A stretch of DNA of 64,000 nt, taken from Candidatus Woesearchaeota archaeon (lineage in GTDB: Archaea; Nanobdellota; Nanobdellia; Woesearchaeales; JAZDKJ01). The first letter of the stretch is position 1, and each line of letters opens with the position of its first letter. The notes beneath the pieces were generated by a model, which made no database searches, was not told where the DNA came from, and was given only the letters and a program-made list of their open reading frames with translations. The stretch is taken from positions 364,222 to 428,221 of the forward strand of contig JAZDKJ010000006.1 of assembly GCA_043803105.1 (NCBI GenBank), in the 5' to 3' direction. Positions 1-8,204 of this stretch are shown piece after piece. Made by a program: the position numbers and the translations under genes.

Positions 1-738
1 CTCAAGAACTGTCCTTAGGTTTGTTCCTGCAGTGATTATTATGAACTCCGCACCCCTTTTTACTGGAAGCACCTGCCTTATGCCTTTTACTCCCTTGATA
101 TATGCCTCCTTTACCTTCTCTTTTATCTTGTATACCTCGTTCAGGTTCTCGTTCTTTTTCTTGGCTTTGACAATTATTCCGTCTTTTGCAGCCTTGACTG
201 TTCCTTCCTTTAGGCTTTTCTCAAGTACTTTTGTGACCATGCCAAGGTTTAGTCCAAGAATCGACATTTTTTCCTTGCTAAGTTTCACTTCTATTGTTGA
301 TTCTATGACATTGATTAGGAACTCCGATGCTATGTCCTTTAATTTTGTCTCTTTAAGTGAAAGCGCCAGCTCTCTTATGTCCTTGCCCTTGTTGTATGGT
401 GGTTTCAGATAGACTTCCATCATCGGCGTATCAAGCTCTTTTCTTCCGTCGAGAATCTCAATTATTCTTGGCAGGCCCATTGTGACGTTCATCTCTGCAA
501 CTCCAGCAAAGTGGAAGGTGTTGAGTGTCATCTGGGTTCCAGGTTCTCCAATCGACTCAGCCGCAATGATGCCCACGCATTCTCCTGCGTGAATCTTGGA
601 CTGCTCGTACTCCTGGTAAGTGCGCTCCACAATTTTCTTGATCCGTGCCTCGCTTGCGCCTCGCGGCATTTTCTCTTCCAGTTCCTGCAATATCTTTGGT
701 GGAAGTTTTCCGACATATCTTTTTAGTATTGGGTTCAT
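1..738 (-). CDS. rpoA2: DNA-directed RNA polymerase subunit A'' (C-terminal part of the largest subunit); N-terminal 245 aa only, runs off the window start
   Basis: ATG at 736-738 on the minus strand, 2 nt after the rpoA1 stop. The translation [79 protein letters not shown] carries the conserved [16 protein letters not shown] motif. It is not in the ORF track because no stop falls inside the window. Confidence 0.85.
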   Translation of the reverse strand, partial: MNPILKRYVGKLPPKILQELEEKMPRGASEARIKKIVERTYQEYEQSKIHAGECVGIIAAESIGEPGTQMTLNTFHFAGVAEMNVTMGLPRIIEILDGRKELDTPMMEVYLKPPYNKGKDIRELALSLKETKLKDIASEFLINVIESTIEVKLSKEKMSILGLNLGMVTKVLEKSLKEGTVKAAKDGIIVKAKKKNENLNEVYKIKEKVKEAYIKGVKGIRQVLPVKRGAEFIIITAGTNLRTVLE

Positions 739-740
739 TT

Positions 741-3380
741 TCAGGTGTTGTCTATTATGCTCTGGACGTTTAACTTACCTCCCTCTGATTTTGATACGTC
801 CATGCTGTCTTCTCCGTAAAGGAATTGTATGATCTTTCCTGAAGCATCCCGCACAGTGTTGTCATACTCCACCTTCAGGTCCTGCATCGCGTTTGCCAGC
901 CTTCTATAGAGGTATCCTGATTTTGGGGTCCTCAATGCTGTGTCCATGAGTGAATCCCTTCCGGTCATTGAGCCGAAGAAGAATTCTGCTGGGCTTAGCC
1001 CTTTCTTGAATCCATCCCTGATAAATCCGTGCGCGCTTGATCCCAGATCTCCTTTCTTGAAGTGGCTGATAGTCCTTCCCTGGTAGCCCTTGTCAATCCT
1101 CTTTCCCCTCATTGCCTGCTGGCCTACGCATGCTGCCATCTGGGCAAGGTTTAGGGGCGTACCGCGTGCTCCTGATTCTGCCATGATTATCGTGTGAGTT
1201 TTCTTGTCAGCGAATTCTGCCACTATCTCTCCTGTCCTGTTCCTGGTCTTGTTGAGTAGCTCCAATATCTTCAATTCAAGCGTCTCTTTGAGAGTCCTCC
1301 CTGGGAATGTCTCCAGTTTTCCGTCGCGATAGAGCGCAATCAATTGATTTACGTCCTCATCTGCCTTGTTGAGTTCTTGCTCTATCATCTGCCTTGCGTT
1401 CTCTGGCAGGTCAGTATCTGATATTGCAGTTGTGAATCCTCGCTTTGAAAGGACTGCTATTCCAAGCCTGAAGATGTTTTCAAGGATCTTTATTGTCTCA
1501 TAAGGTCCATACTTCTTATGGAATTTCCTGAGCAAGAGTCCTGATCCCTCGCCAAGATTGCTTCTGTCCATCACTCCCTTTGTTAGCTGCCCTTTGCGTA
1601 TCGTAACAACGTTGCTTCCATCCAGGTCTTTGGACTTTGATTTTCCGTCAAAATCGAAGTCATCCGGTAAGAGCACTGAGAACATCTCTTTTCCTGTCAC
1701 CTTTTGCCTGCTTGGTAGCTTCGAGAGGTCTGAGATGCCAATTGAAATCATTAGCTCAACCGCTTGCGTTCTTGGCATTTCCATGAATTTTGTGAGTAGA
1801 TAATTGCCTGAGATTGAGTCCTGGATGCAGCCTATCACAGATAGCCCGTATCTTGGGCTTATGAGCTGGGTCGGGACTGACATAAGTATCTCTGCCTCAG
1901 CCCTTGCTTCCTCTGTCTGAGGTATGTGGAGGTTCATTTCGTCTCCGTCAAAGTCTGCGTTGTATGGATGGCACACTGCTGGATTCAGCCTAAGCGTCTT
2001 TCCAGGCAAGACCCTGACTTGATGGCACATCATGCTCATCCTGTGCAGGCTTGGCTGCCTGTTGAATATTGCGACGTCCCCATCAAGAAGATGCCTTTCA
2101 ACAGAATAACCTGGCTGAAGTTCTTCCAGGCTTGCTTCTTTTGTCTCGTCTGTAATTTTCTTTTTCTTGCCGTCAGGCCTTATGATATAGTTTGCTCCAG
2201 GATATGTTCCGGGGCCCCTCTCTACAAATTTCTTGAGGTAGGCCATATTCCAAGAGTTTACGATTTCAGGCACTGTGAGTTTCATTGCTATTTCCTTTGG
2301 CACCCCGACCTCGCTTAAGTTTAGCATTGGGTCTGGGCTGATCACTGTCCTTGCGCAGAAGTTTGTTCTCTTTCCTGCAAGGTTATGTCGTATCCTTCCT
2401 TCCTTGCTCTTGATTCGCTCAGTGATTGTCTTGAGCGGCTGTCCGCTTCGATGCCTTGCCGGTGGCAATTGTGCTATGTTATTGTCAAAGAATGTGGTGA
2501 CATGGTATTGAAGCAGGTCCCATAGGTCCTCGATAATTATTTCTGGTGCTCCTGCATTTATGTTTTCGAACAGTCTCTGATTGATTCTGACAATGTCTCC
2601 CAATTTGTGTGTGAGATCGTCTTCAGAGCGCTCTCCAGACTCCAGAGTGATTGAGGGTCTCATCGTGACTGGTGGTATTGGCAGGAGTGTTAGCACCATC
2701 CATTCTGGTCTTACAGCCTTGGGATTTATTCCGAAAAGGTCAGCATCATCATCGGGAATCCTCTCCAATCTTGTCCTTACCTCTATCGGATTCAGCCTTC
2801 GCTCGTTTTCCATGAAGGTTGTTGGTTTCTCGAGCAAAACCTTGTGTTGTCGTGCCTTGCAATAAGGGCACTTGTTTGCTGTCTTTAGGCTGTTCACAAT
2901 TTCTTTGATGGCCTTTCTGCGTCCCTCTACGCCAGATTCCTTTTCCACTTTCGCGAGCTGGTCTTGGTAGTATTCAATCTTGTTTTTTGGGATAAGAACT
3001 CTTCCGCAATCCCTGCATGTGCACTTGAGGAGCGTTAGAATCACTCCCACAAACTTCACGTGCATTATCGGCCTTGCAAGTTCTATATAACCGAAGTGTC
3101 CTATGCACTCCTTTAATTTTGATCCGCATGTCTTGCACTTGAGTCCTGGATCAATGACTCCTAGCCTGATATCCATTAGCCCACCGTCAACAGGATAACC
3201 CTCCTTGTCATAAAGCTCAGGCGTGACTATCTTTGCCGAGGCCATCTGCTTTACCATCTTTGGGCTTAGCACTCCAAATACTATGCTGCTTACCTGCTTG
3301 TAAATATATTGCACAGGCTCTTCAGCTAGTTCCACGACCTCTTTTGTTAGTTCAGCTGCTGCTGGTGTTTCGTCTGCCAT
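741..3380 (-). CDS. rpoA1: DNA-directed RNA polymerase subunit A'
   Basis: 879-aa ORF with zinc-binding and clamp motifs of the largest RNAP subunit ([39 protein letters not shown]) and a TGA stop. It sits in the canonical H-B-A'-A'' gene order. Confidence 0.95.
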   Translation of the reverse strand: MADETPAAAELTKEVVELAEEPVQYIYKQVSSIVFGVLSPKMVKQMASAKIVTPELYDKEGYPVDGGLMDIRLGVIDPGLKCKTCGSKLKECIGHFGYIELARPIMHVKFVGVILTLLKCTCRDCGRVLIPKNKIEYYQDQLAKVEKESGVEGRRKAIKEIVNSLKTANKCPYCKARQHKVLLEKPTTFMENERRLNPIEVRTRLERIPDDDADLFGINPKAVRPEWMVLTLLPIPPVTMRPSITLESGERSEDDLTHKLGDIVRINQRLFENINAGAPEIIIEDLWDLLQYHVTTFFDNNIAQLPPARHRSGQPLKTITERIKSKEGRIRHNLAGKRTNFCARTVISPDPMLNLSEVGVPKEIAMKLTVPEIVNSWNMAYLKKFVERGPGTYPGANYIIRPDGKKKKITDETKEASLEELQPGYSVERHLLDGDVAIFNRQPSLHRMSMMCHQVRVLPGKTLRLNPAVCHPYNADFDGDEMNLHIPQTEEARAEAEILMSVPTQLISPRYGLSVIGCIQDSISGNYLLTKFMEMPRTQAVELMISIGISDLSKLPSRQKVTGKEMFSVLLPDDFDFDGKSKSKDLDGSNVVTIRKGQLTKGVMDRSNLGEGSGLLLRKFHKKYGPYETIKILENIFRLGIAVLSKRGFTTAISDTDLPENARQMIEQELNKADEDVNQLIALYRDGKLETFPGRTLKETLELKILELLNKTRNRTGEIVAEFADKKTHTIIMAESGARGTPLNLAQMAACVGQQAMRGKRIDKGYQGRTISHFKKGDLGSSAHGFIRDGFKKGLSPAEFFFGSMTGRDSLMDTALRTPKSGYLYRRLANAMQDLKVEYDNTVRDASGKIIQFLYGEDSMDVSKSEGGKLNVQSIIDNT

Positions 3381-3384
3381 TTTC

Positions 3385-5187
3385 TCAATATTTGTTTTTC
3401 AATACAAGTTTAGGGTAGATGCATAGTGACTTGAATTCGTCGAGCATCAATTTGAACGCATAGCTCAATTCGATATTGTTTATCTCCACATTCTCTCCGC
3501 AGACAGGGCAGTACTTCTTGTCCTTGTATGCGTCGTATATTGCAATTATTCCGCAGTTCTCGCAGACTGGTACGACTGTCTTGTCTGAGTCGAACCTTTC
3601 TTTGAGGAGTAATGATGCTCCGTGAGCCACAAAGGTGTCCTTTTCCATTTCTCCAAGCCTTAGGCCTCCCTCTTTTGCTCTTCCCTCTGTTGGCTGTCTT
3701 GTGAGCAGTTGTATTGGTCCCCTTGCTCTCGAGTGTATCTTGTTTGCAACCATGTGCCTTAGCTTGAGATAATACATGTTACCGATGAATATCTTTGCCT
3801 CGAACCTCTCTCCAGTCTCCCCATTGTACATGGTCTCTGTCCCATTCTCCCTGAAGCCAAGCCCGAGCAACTCCTTTCTTATGTCTGACTCTTTTTCTGA
3901 GCTGAATGTTGTTCCGTCTACGTATCTTCCTGCCAGTGCTGCAGTTTTTCCTGCCACTAGCTCAAGCAGGTGCGCTATTGTCATTCTGCTCGGTATTCCG
4001 TGCGGTGAGAATAATAGGTCTGGCACTATTCCTGATGCGCTGAATGGCATGTCAGCATGAGGCACGATTAGTCCGATTACCCCCTTCTGTCCATGTCTTG
4101 ATGTGAACTTGTCGCCTATCTCGGGTATTCTCTGGTCTCTTACCCTTACCTGCATGAGTTTGTTTCCCTCTTCGTTTTCTGTTATCAATACAAAGTCCAC
4201 TATTCCCTGCTCACCGTGCTTTAACGCCACTGAGCTCTCCCTTCTTGTGTTTGACGCTAAGCTATACTCATCCATGCCTGAGAGGAATCTTGGTGGGCTG
4301 GTCTTTCCTATGACAACGTCCTCTTCCTTGACTGGCGCTTCAGGGTATACTATTCCGTCAGGCTCAAGGAGCCTATAATCTCTCTCGCTCTTATAGCCCT
4401 TTACATCTTTGTTTGGTATGCAGACATCGTCCATTAGTCCGCCCGAATACCTGAGCTCTTCCGTTATTGATGGTCGATAATATGTGCTTCTTCCCATGCC
4501 CCTGTCTATCGATCCCTTGTTGATTATAATCGCGTCTTCCATGTTATAGCCCTTGTAGCTCATAACCGCAACAACAAGGTTTTGTCCTGCAGGGTGCTTG
4601 TCGTAGTCAGATATTTCGTGGATTATTGATTGCACGAGTGGCATCTGTGGTGTGTGCAGGAGGCTCACGTCCATGTCCATCCTTATGTCAAAGTTGGCAG
4701 CGTACAACCCTATTGCCTGCTTTTGGTTCTTGCTTCCCATGTTCAGCCTTGCTCCCTGGGTAAAGTTACCGAAGGGCACAAGCGCAACTGTTAGTCCGCA
4801 CATTGCCAAGGGTGTTATCTCCAGGTGGGTGTGTTCTGCTGTTACGTCCTCTGGCGTGAAGGCAACAAGGGTGTTCTCTTCCTCCATTGCATCCAGGTAT
4901 TCTATTACTCCTTGCTCTACAAGTTCCTTCCAGCCTATCTCCCCTTTCTGCAGCTGCTTGATGTGTTTTTCAGTTATGAGCGCTACTCCGTCCTTTACCA
5001 CGATTAGCGGCCTTCTTACCCTGCCCCTAAGGCTTTCTATTCTTACCTCGTCGATTTTGTCATTGTAGTATACGTTTACTGAGTCTGAGAGGACTCCCTT
5101 TCTTCTCTCTGCCTTTACCTGCTTTACAAAGTCCTCAGGATTATCGATTGTTCCCACATATTTGCCATTCAAAAAAACTTCGCTCAT
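3385..5187 (-). CDS. rpoB1: DNA-directed RNA polymerase subunit B' (C-terminal half of split RpoB)
   Basis: 600-aa ORF with conserved Rpb2 C-terminal motifs (GEMEKDTFVAHGASLLLKERF, CENCGIIA zinc ribbon). It overlaps the rpoB2 stop by 4 nt. Confidence 0.95.
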   Translation of the reverse strand: MSEVFLNGKYVGTIDNPEDFVKQVKAERRKGVLSDSVNVYYNDKIDEVRIESLRGRVRRPLIVVKDGVALITEKHIKQLQKGEIGWKELVEQGVIEYLDAMEEENTLVAFTPEDVTAEHTHLEITPLAMCGLTVALVPFGNFTQGARLNMGSKNQKQAIGLYAANFDIRMDMDVSLLHTPQMPLVQSIIHEISDYDKHPAGQNLVVAVMSYKGYNMEDAIIINKGSIDRGMGRSTYYRPSITEELRYSGGLMDDVCIPNKDVKGYKSERDYRLLEPDGIVYPEAPVKEEDVVIGKTSPPRFLSGMDEYSLASNTRRESSVALKHGEQGIVDFVLITENEEGNKLMQVRVRDQRIPEIGDKFTSRHGQKGVIGLIVPHADMPFSASGIVPDLLFSPHGIPSRMTIAHLLELVAGKTAALAGRYVDGTTFSSEKESDIRKELLGLGFRENGTETMYNGETGERFEAKIFIGNMYYLKLRHMVANKIHSRARGPIQLLTRQPTEGRAKEGGLRLGEMEKDTFVAHGASLLLKERFDSDKTVVPVCENCGIIAIYDAYKDKKYCPVCGENVEINNIELSYAFKLMLDEFKSLCIYPKLVLKNKY

Positions 5188-6671
5188 TTGATTACCTTCA
5201 GCCCCAAGCCTTTGAGTGCCTTGAGCACCTCTTCCTCGTTTGTGTCTGCCGAGACGCTTGCGAGTAGCGCAAGGTTCTTTCTTAACCCTATATTTGTTCC
5301 TTCAGGTGTCTCGATAGGGCATAGCCTTCCAAGGTGGGTGCTGTGCAGCTCCCTTGCCGCAAAGTTCTCCTGCGAGGCTGAGAGCGGGCTCACCACCCTT
5401 TGCAGGTGCGAGACTGTCTCCAGGAAGTTTAGCCTCTGAATTCTTTGGCTGATTCCCTTCCTGCCGCCTACCCAGGCTCCTGTTGCCATCGAGCTGTATA
5501 TCCTCTGGGTTAATAGCTTGTCCCTGATTATCACTTTGATGCTTGGGAATTTTCCCCTCTTTACTATTCTCTGGAAATTGTATAGTAGGTCTCCGATCAG
5601 CACTTTAAGGTTTACCCTGAATAGGTCTGCCAATAGGTCTCCTGAGCACTTGAGCCTCTTGTTCTTGTAGTGGTCCTTGTCGTCTTCCTCTACCTCTCCG
5701 TTTGACACAAGGATATATTTCTTGAGCATCTTGCAAAGGTTGTATGCTTTGTATATTCTCTCTTCTTTTTTCATTCCGATATGGGGCATCAGGTAGCGGT
5801 CAATTATCTCGGTTGTTCTTTCGATCCTGATTTCCTTTGCTTGTGTTATGCCTATCCTTTTTGCTATGAAGTCTAATGCGTCTTCACTCGTCTTTATATC
5901 TGCGAAGCTGTATAGGTTCACGACCACCTCATCGAATTGCCTCTCCTTGGATACTGACTTCATTATATCTTCATCGTTCAGGAGGCCAAGTGATTTTATG
6001 ACGATTATTAACGGAATTCTCTTAACTCTTGTAAAGGACAAATAGAAGATTCCATCCTTCATCTTTTCCAGTGTATGAGGTATCTTGTAATACCCATGCT
6101 CTGAGAATAGCTTGCCTGTGTATTCCGAAACCCCAATGTTTTGCTTCTCCACCAAAAGTTGGTTTGATGCGAGGTCTTCGACATCGATTAGTACCTTTTC
6201 TGTTCCGTTGATTATGAAATATCCTCCTGGGTCATCAGGGTCTTCACCCTTTTCTATAATCTCGTCCCTTGACATGTTGTGCAGGTGGCAAAACTTGCTC
6301 CTCAGCATGATTGGTATTGAGCCAACCTGGGTTACAAATGATTCTCTCTGCACATCATTGATATGGGCGCTTACCTCGATGAAGCATGGGCTTGCATAAG
6401 TTATCTTTCTTAGTCTTGCTTCAACAGGGTATATTGCCCTCCTTGAGCCGTCTGCTTCTGTTATCTCCGGCTTTGTGAGCCATATCTTGTCAAGCCTTAT
6501 CTTGAACTTGTCGACATTGCTTGGGATTATTGTGGGCTCTATATCTTTGTTTTCTTCTATAATCTTCTGCAGCTCGTGCTCTATAAAATAATTGTAGGAC
6601 TCTATGTCTGACTTTATGAGGGAATAGCTTTCAAAATATTTTTGTATCAGCAATTTTGCAGTGTTAACCAT
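5184..6671 (-). CDS. rpoB2: DNA-directed RNA polymerase subunit B'' (N-terminal half of split RpoB)
   Basis: 495-aa ORF with an Rpb2 N-terminal-like sequence. A split rpoB is typical of euryarchaeal-type genomes. Confidence 0.93.
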   Translation of the reverse strand: MVNTAKLLIQKYFESYSLIKSDIESYNYFIEHELQKIIEENKDIEPTIIPSNVDKFKIRLDKIWLTKPEITEADGSRRAIYPVEARLRKITYASPCFIEVSAHINDVQRESFVTQVGSIPIMLRSKFCHLHNMSRDEIIEKGEDPDDPGGYFIINGTEKVLIDVEDLASNQLLVEKQNIGVSEYTGKLFSEHGYYKIPHTLEKMKDGIFYLSFTRVKRIPLIIVIKSLGLLNDEDIMKSVSKERQFDEVVVNLYSFADIKTSEDALDFIAKRIGITQAKEIRIERTTEIIDRYLMPHIGMKKEERIYKAYNLCKMLKKYILVSNGEVEEDDKDHYKNKRLKCSGDLLADLFRVNLKVLIGDLLYNFQRIVKRGKFPSIKVIIRDKLLTQRIYSSMATGAWVGGRKGISQRIQRLNFLETVSHLQRVVSPLSASQENFAARELHSTHLGRLCPIETPEGTNIGLRKNLALLASVSADTNEEEVLKALKGLGLKVIK

Positions 6672-6906
6672 TTATCGCACATCTGTAATAGTATGATTCT
6701 CCTGCAGTGCTGCTCTTTCGCGTTATCTTGACGACATCTCTCGGCTTTAGCTTTAGATCAATTACCGCAGGATCCTTGATAAGTAGTTTTGGTAGTTCGT
6801 TCTCAGTAATGTGGAAATGCTCGAGCAGCTGTTTTTTTTCAGCCTCGCTAAGTTTTTTATGCTTAGGCACAAGAATGTGTTTGCTTATGTTGAATGATGG
6901 CTTCAT
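6664..6906 (-). CDS. rpoH: DNA-directed RNA polymerase subunit H (Rpb5 homolog)
   Basis: HILVPKHKKLSEAEKKQLLEHFHITENELPKLLIKDPAVIDLKLKPRDVVKITRKSSTAGESYYYRCAI matches the RpoH family. The internal Met (MKPSF) at 6906 is preferred as the start because the longer ORF reaching 6960 would overlap tRNA-Lys. Confidence 0.85.
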   Translation of the reverse strand: MKPSFNISKHILVPKHKKLSEAEKKQLLEHFHITENELPKLLIKDPAVIDLKLKPRDVVKITRKSSTAGESYYYRCAING

Positions 6907-6917
6907 TTTAGATTGAA

Positions 6918-7044
6918 TGGGCCGGACGAGATTTTCTTTGTTTTTTTTTCCAAGTTGCATTCGAACTCGCGACCACCTGATTGCTTTGCAGCTTAAAAGT
7001 CAGGTGCTCTATTGCCCTTATACTCCAGGCTGAGCTACCGGCCC
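6918..7044 (-). tRNA. tRNA-Lys (anticodon UUU) with three putative introns: a mini-insert in the D-loop, the canonical 37/38 site, and a site after the T-loop
   Basis: Minus strand reads GGGCCGG-TA-GCTC-AGCCTGG[AGTATAAGGGCAA]TA-GAGC-A-CCTGA-CTTTTA[GCTGCAAAGCAA]A-TCAGG-TGGTC-GCGAG-TTCGAAT[GCAACTTGGAAAAAAAAACAAAGAAAAT]CTCGT-CCGGCCC-A. The acceptor, D, anticodon and T stems all pair once the bracketed segments are removed. Confidence 0.6.
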
Positions 7045-7059
7045 ATCGTGATTGAAAAA

Positions 7060-7225
7060 CGCCCTGGTCGGGACTTCCAACAACAGACATGCCGTATGAC
7101 ATTTTCAGCTGATTTGAACCCGAGTCGAAGCCTTTTTGCGGTAGCAAACAGTAATTCAACCCTCCCTCTGGTTGAAAAGCCACCTCGACAGGGCTTCATG
7201 ATAGGCCAGACTACACTACCAGGGC
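7060..7225 (-). tRNA. tRNA-Asp (anticodon GUC) with two putative introns: the canonical 37/38 site (about 52 nt) and a site after the T-loop (about 39 nt)
   Basis: Minus strand reads GCCCTGG-TA-GTGTAGTCTGGCCTATCAT-G-AAGCC-CTGTCG[52 nt]A-GGCTT-CGAC-TCGGG-TTCAAAT[CAGCTG...GGAAGT]CCCGA-CCAGGGC-G. The D-arm resembles archaeal tRNA-Asp (GTGTAG...CCAATCAT). Confidence 0.6.
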
Positions 7226-7237
7226 TTTGACCTAGTT

Positions 7238-7250
7238 AAGCCTAATTTAA
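7238..7250 (-). promoter_or_regulatory. Putative BRE/TATA element upstream of tRNA-Asp
   Basis: Minus strand reads AAAGCTTAAATTAGG about 15-25 nt upstream of the tRNA-Asp 5' end. Confidence 0.3.
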
Positions 7251-7432
7251 GCTTTCTAGCCACCAAGCAGTCCACATAGGTCTTCTTAAGCGCATAGAAA
7301 GATTGAATTGGCATGGCCCACCTATCTTCACACCTGTTTATAAAGCTTGTGGTTTTTTCCTGACTTATTCAGGTCTGCTTGAACTTTTGCTTGATTACTT
7401 TCAAATGTTCTGCTCGAATTAAAGCGAGAATA

Positions 7433-7559
7433 TCCCCGAGGCCGGAGTCGAACCAGCAACCTTTCGGTAACGGCTGAGTGTTTTTCACATTCTGCACTGA
7501 GTGCAATATCAAAACACTATCCCTACAGCCGAACGCTCTAGCCATTGAGCTACTCGGGG
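7433..7559 (-). tRNA. tRNA-Tyr (anticodon GUA) with a canonical-position intron of about 49 nt
   Basis: Minus strand reads CCCCGAG-TA-GCTC-AATGGCTA-GAGC-G-TTCGG-CTGTAG[GGATAG...CCGTTA]A-CCGAA-AGGTT-GCTGG-TTCGACT-CCGGC-CTCGGGG-A. The C1-G72 pair is typical of archaeal tRNA-Tyr. Confidence 0.65.
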
Positions 7560-7690
7560 AAGCTTTTTTCCTTAGGAAAAAACCTTGGAAAATATGTTTT
7601 TGCCAAGGCAAAAACGCTGCCTTTAAGGCAGCTAAAGTTGCGAGCTGACTTTTCAGCTCAGCTATTGAGCTACTCAGGGATAATTCAATG
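7560..7690 (-). repeat. Structured element directly upstream of tRNA-Tyr: a near-copy of tRNA-Tyr positions 1-25 followed by a conserved hairpin and three further hairpins
   Basis: Minus strand has TCCCTGAGTAGCTCAATAGCTGAGC, matching the tRNA-Tyr 5' region TCCCCGAGTAGCTCAATGGCTAGAGC at 25 of 26 positions. This is followed by GAGCTGA-AAAG-TCAGCTC-GCAAC, then GCTGCC-TTAAA-GGCAGC, CCTTGG...CCAAGG and TTTTTTCCT-AAGGAAAAAA. Confidence 0.45.
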
Positions 7691-7777
7691 AATAACAAAC
7701 AAGGGTCTTTTTATAAACATTTCTTATCTCTGTGTGTGCTTCTTTCTTCGGAACGACTCAGAATTTTGCTATTGCTA

Positions 7778-8137
7778 TTAGTGTACAATTCTCATTTTTC
7801 CAGCCATGACTAAATTGTGCTCAATCTCTAGCTTGTTGAATCTTTTTTCCATCGCTAGGATCTTATCGACTTTTTGCTCTGTTTGCTCTACACCGTTCTT
7901 TATCTTACCTAATTTGTATGCTCCCCCGAGAATCGAAATGCCTCCTCCAAGATATGGTATCATCTCTACCCACACTGGAGAGCGCACAATTCCAAAAACC
8001 TTAAGCAGCGCCCACAGGAGTATTGCCAGTGCTCCTATGACAATCAGGGAATCCCAGAGGTCAAAACTTGCGTTGAAGAGTTTTTTTAGCTTTTGAATTG
8101 TCCTCATGCTGGCAGCAATAATAAAAAGGTCGTTCAT
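7778..8137 (-). CDS. Small membrane protein (two predicted TM helices), hypothetical
   Basis: 119-aa ORF with hydrophobic stretches LIVIGALAILLWALLKVF and GGGISILGGAY. It is the last gene of the minus-strand surface-protein operon. Confidence 0.4.
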   Translation of the reverse strand: MNDLFIIAASMRTIQKLKKLFNASFDLWDSLIVIGALAILLWALLKVFGIVRSPVWVEMIPYLGGGISILGGAYKLGKIKNGVEQTEQKVDKILAMEKRFNKLEIEHNLVMAGKMRIVH

Positions 8138-8204
8138 AAACTTTTGTCTTCGATAAATCCAGATTGTATGAATGAGCCGTAAATCTTCCGAAAGTCACAA
8201 CATC

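Noticed and set aside
1558-5068. Numerous 60-140-aa plus-strand ORFs from the ORF track nested inside rpoA1, rpoB1 and rpoB2 (for example 1558-1803, 1926-2318, 3776-4060, 4652-5068)
   Set aside because: They lie antisense to, or out of frame within, strongly conserved RNAP genes. Their translations are low-complexity and lack motifs.
6664-6960. Longer 98-aa version of rpoH starting at 6960
   Set aside because: It would overlap tRNA-Lys at 6918-7044. The conserved RpoH core begins at the internal Met at 6906.
7369-7698. 109-aa minus-strand ORF (MLFIELSL...)
   Set aside because: It is translated across tRNA-Tyr and the hairpin-rich leader element, so it is an artefact of structured RNA sequence.
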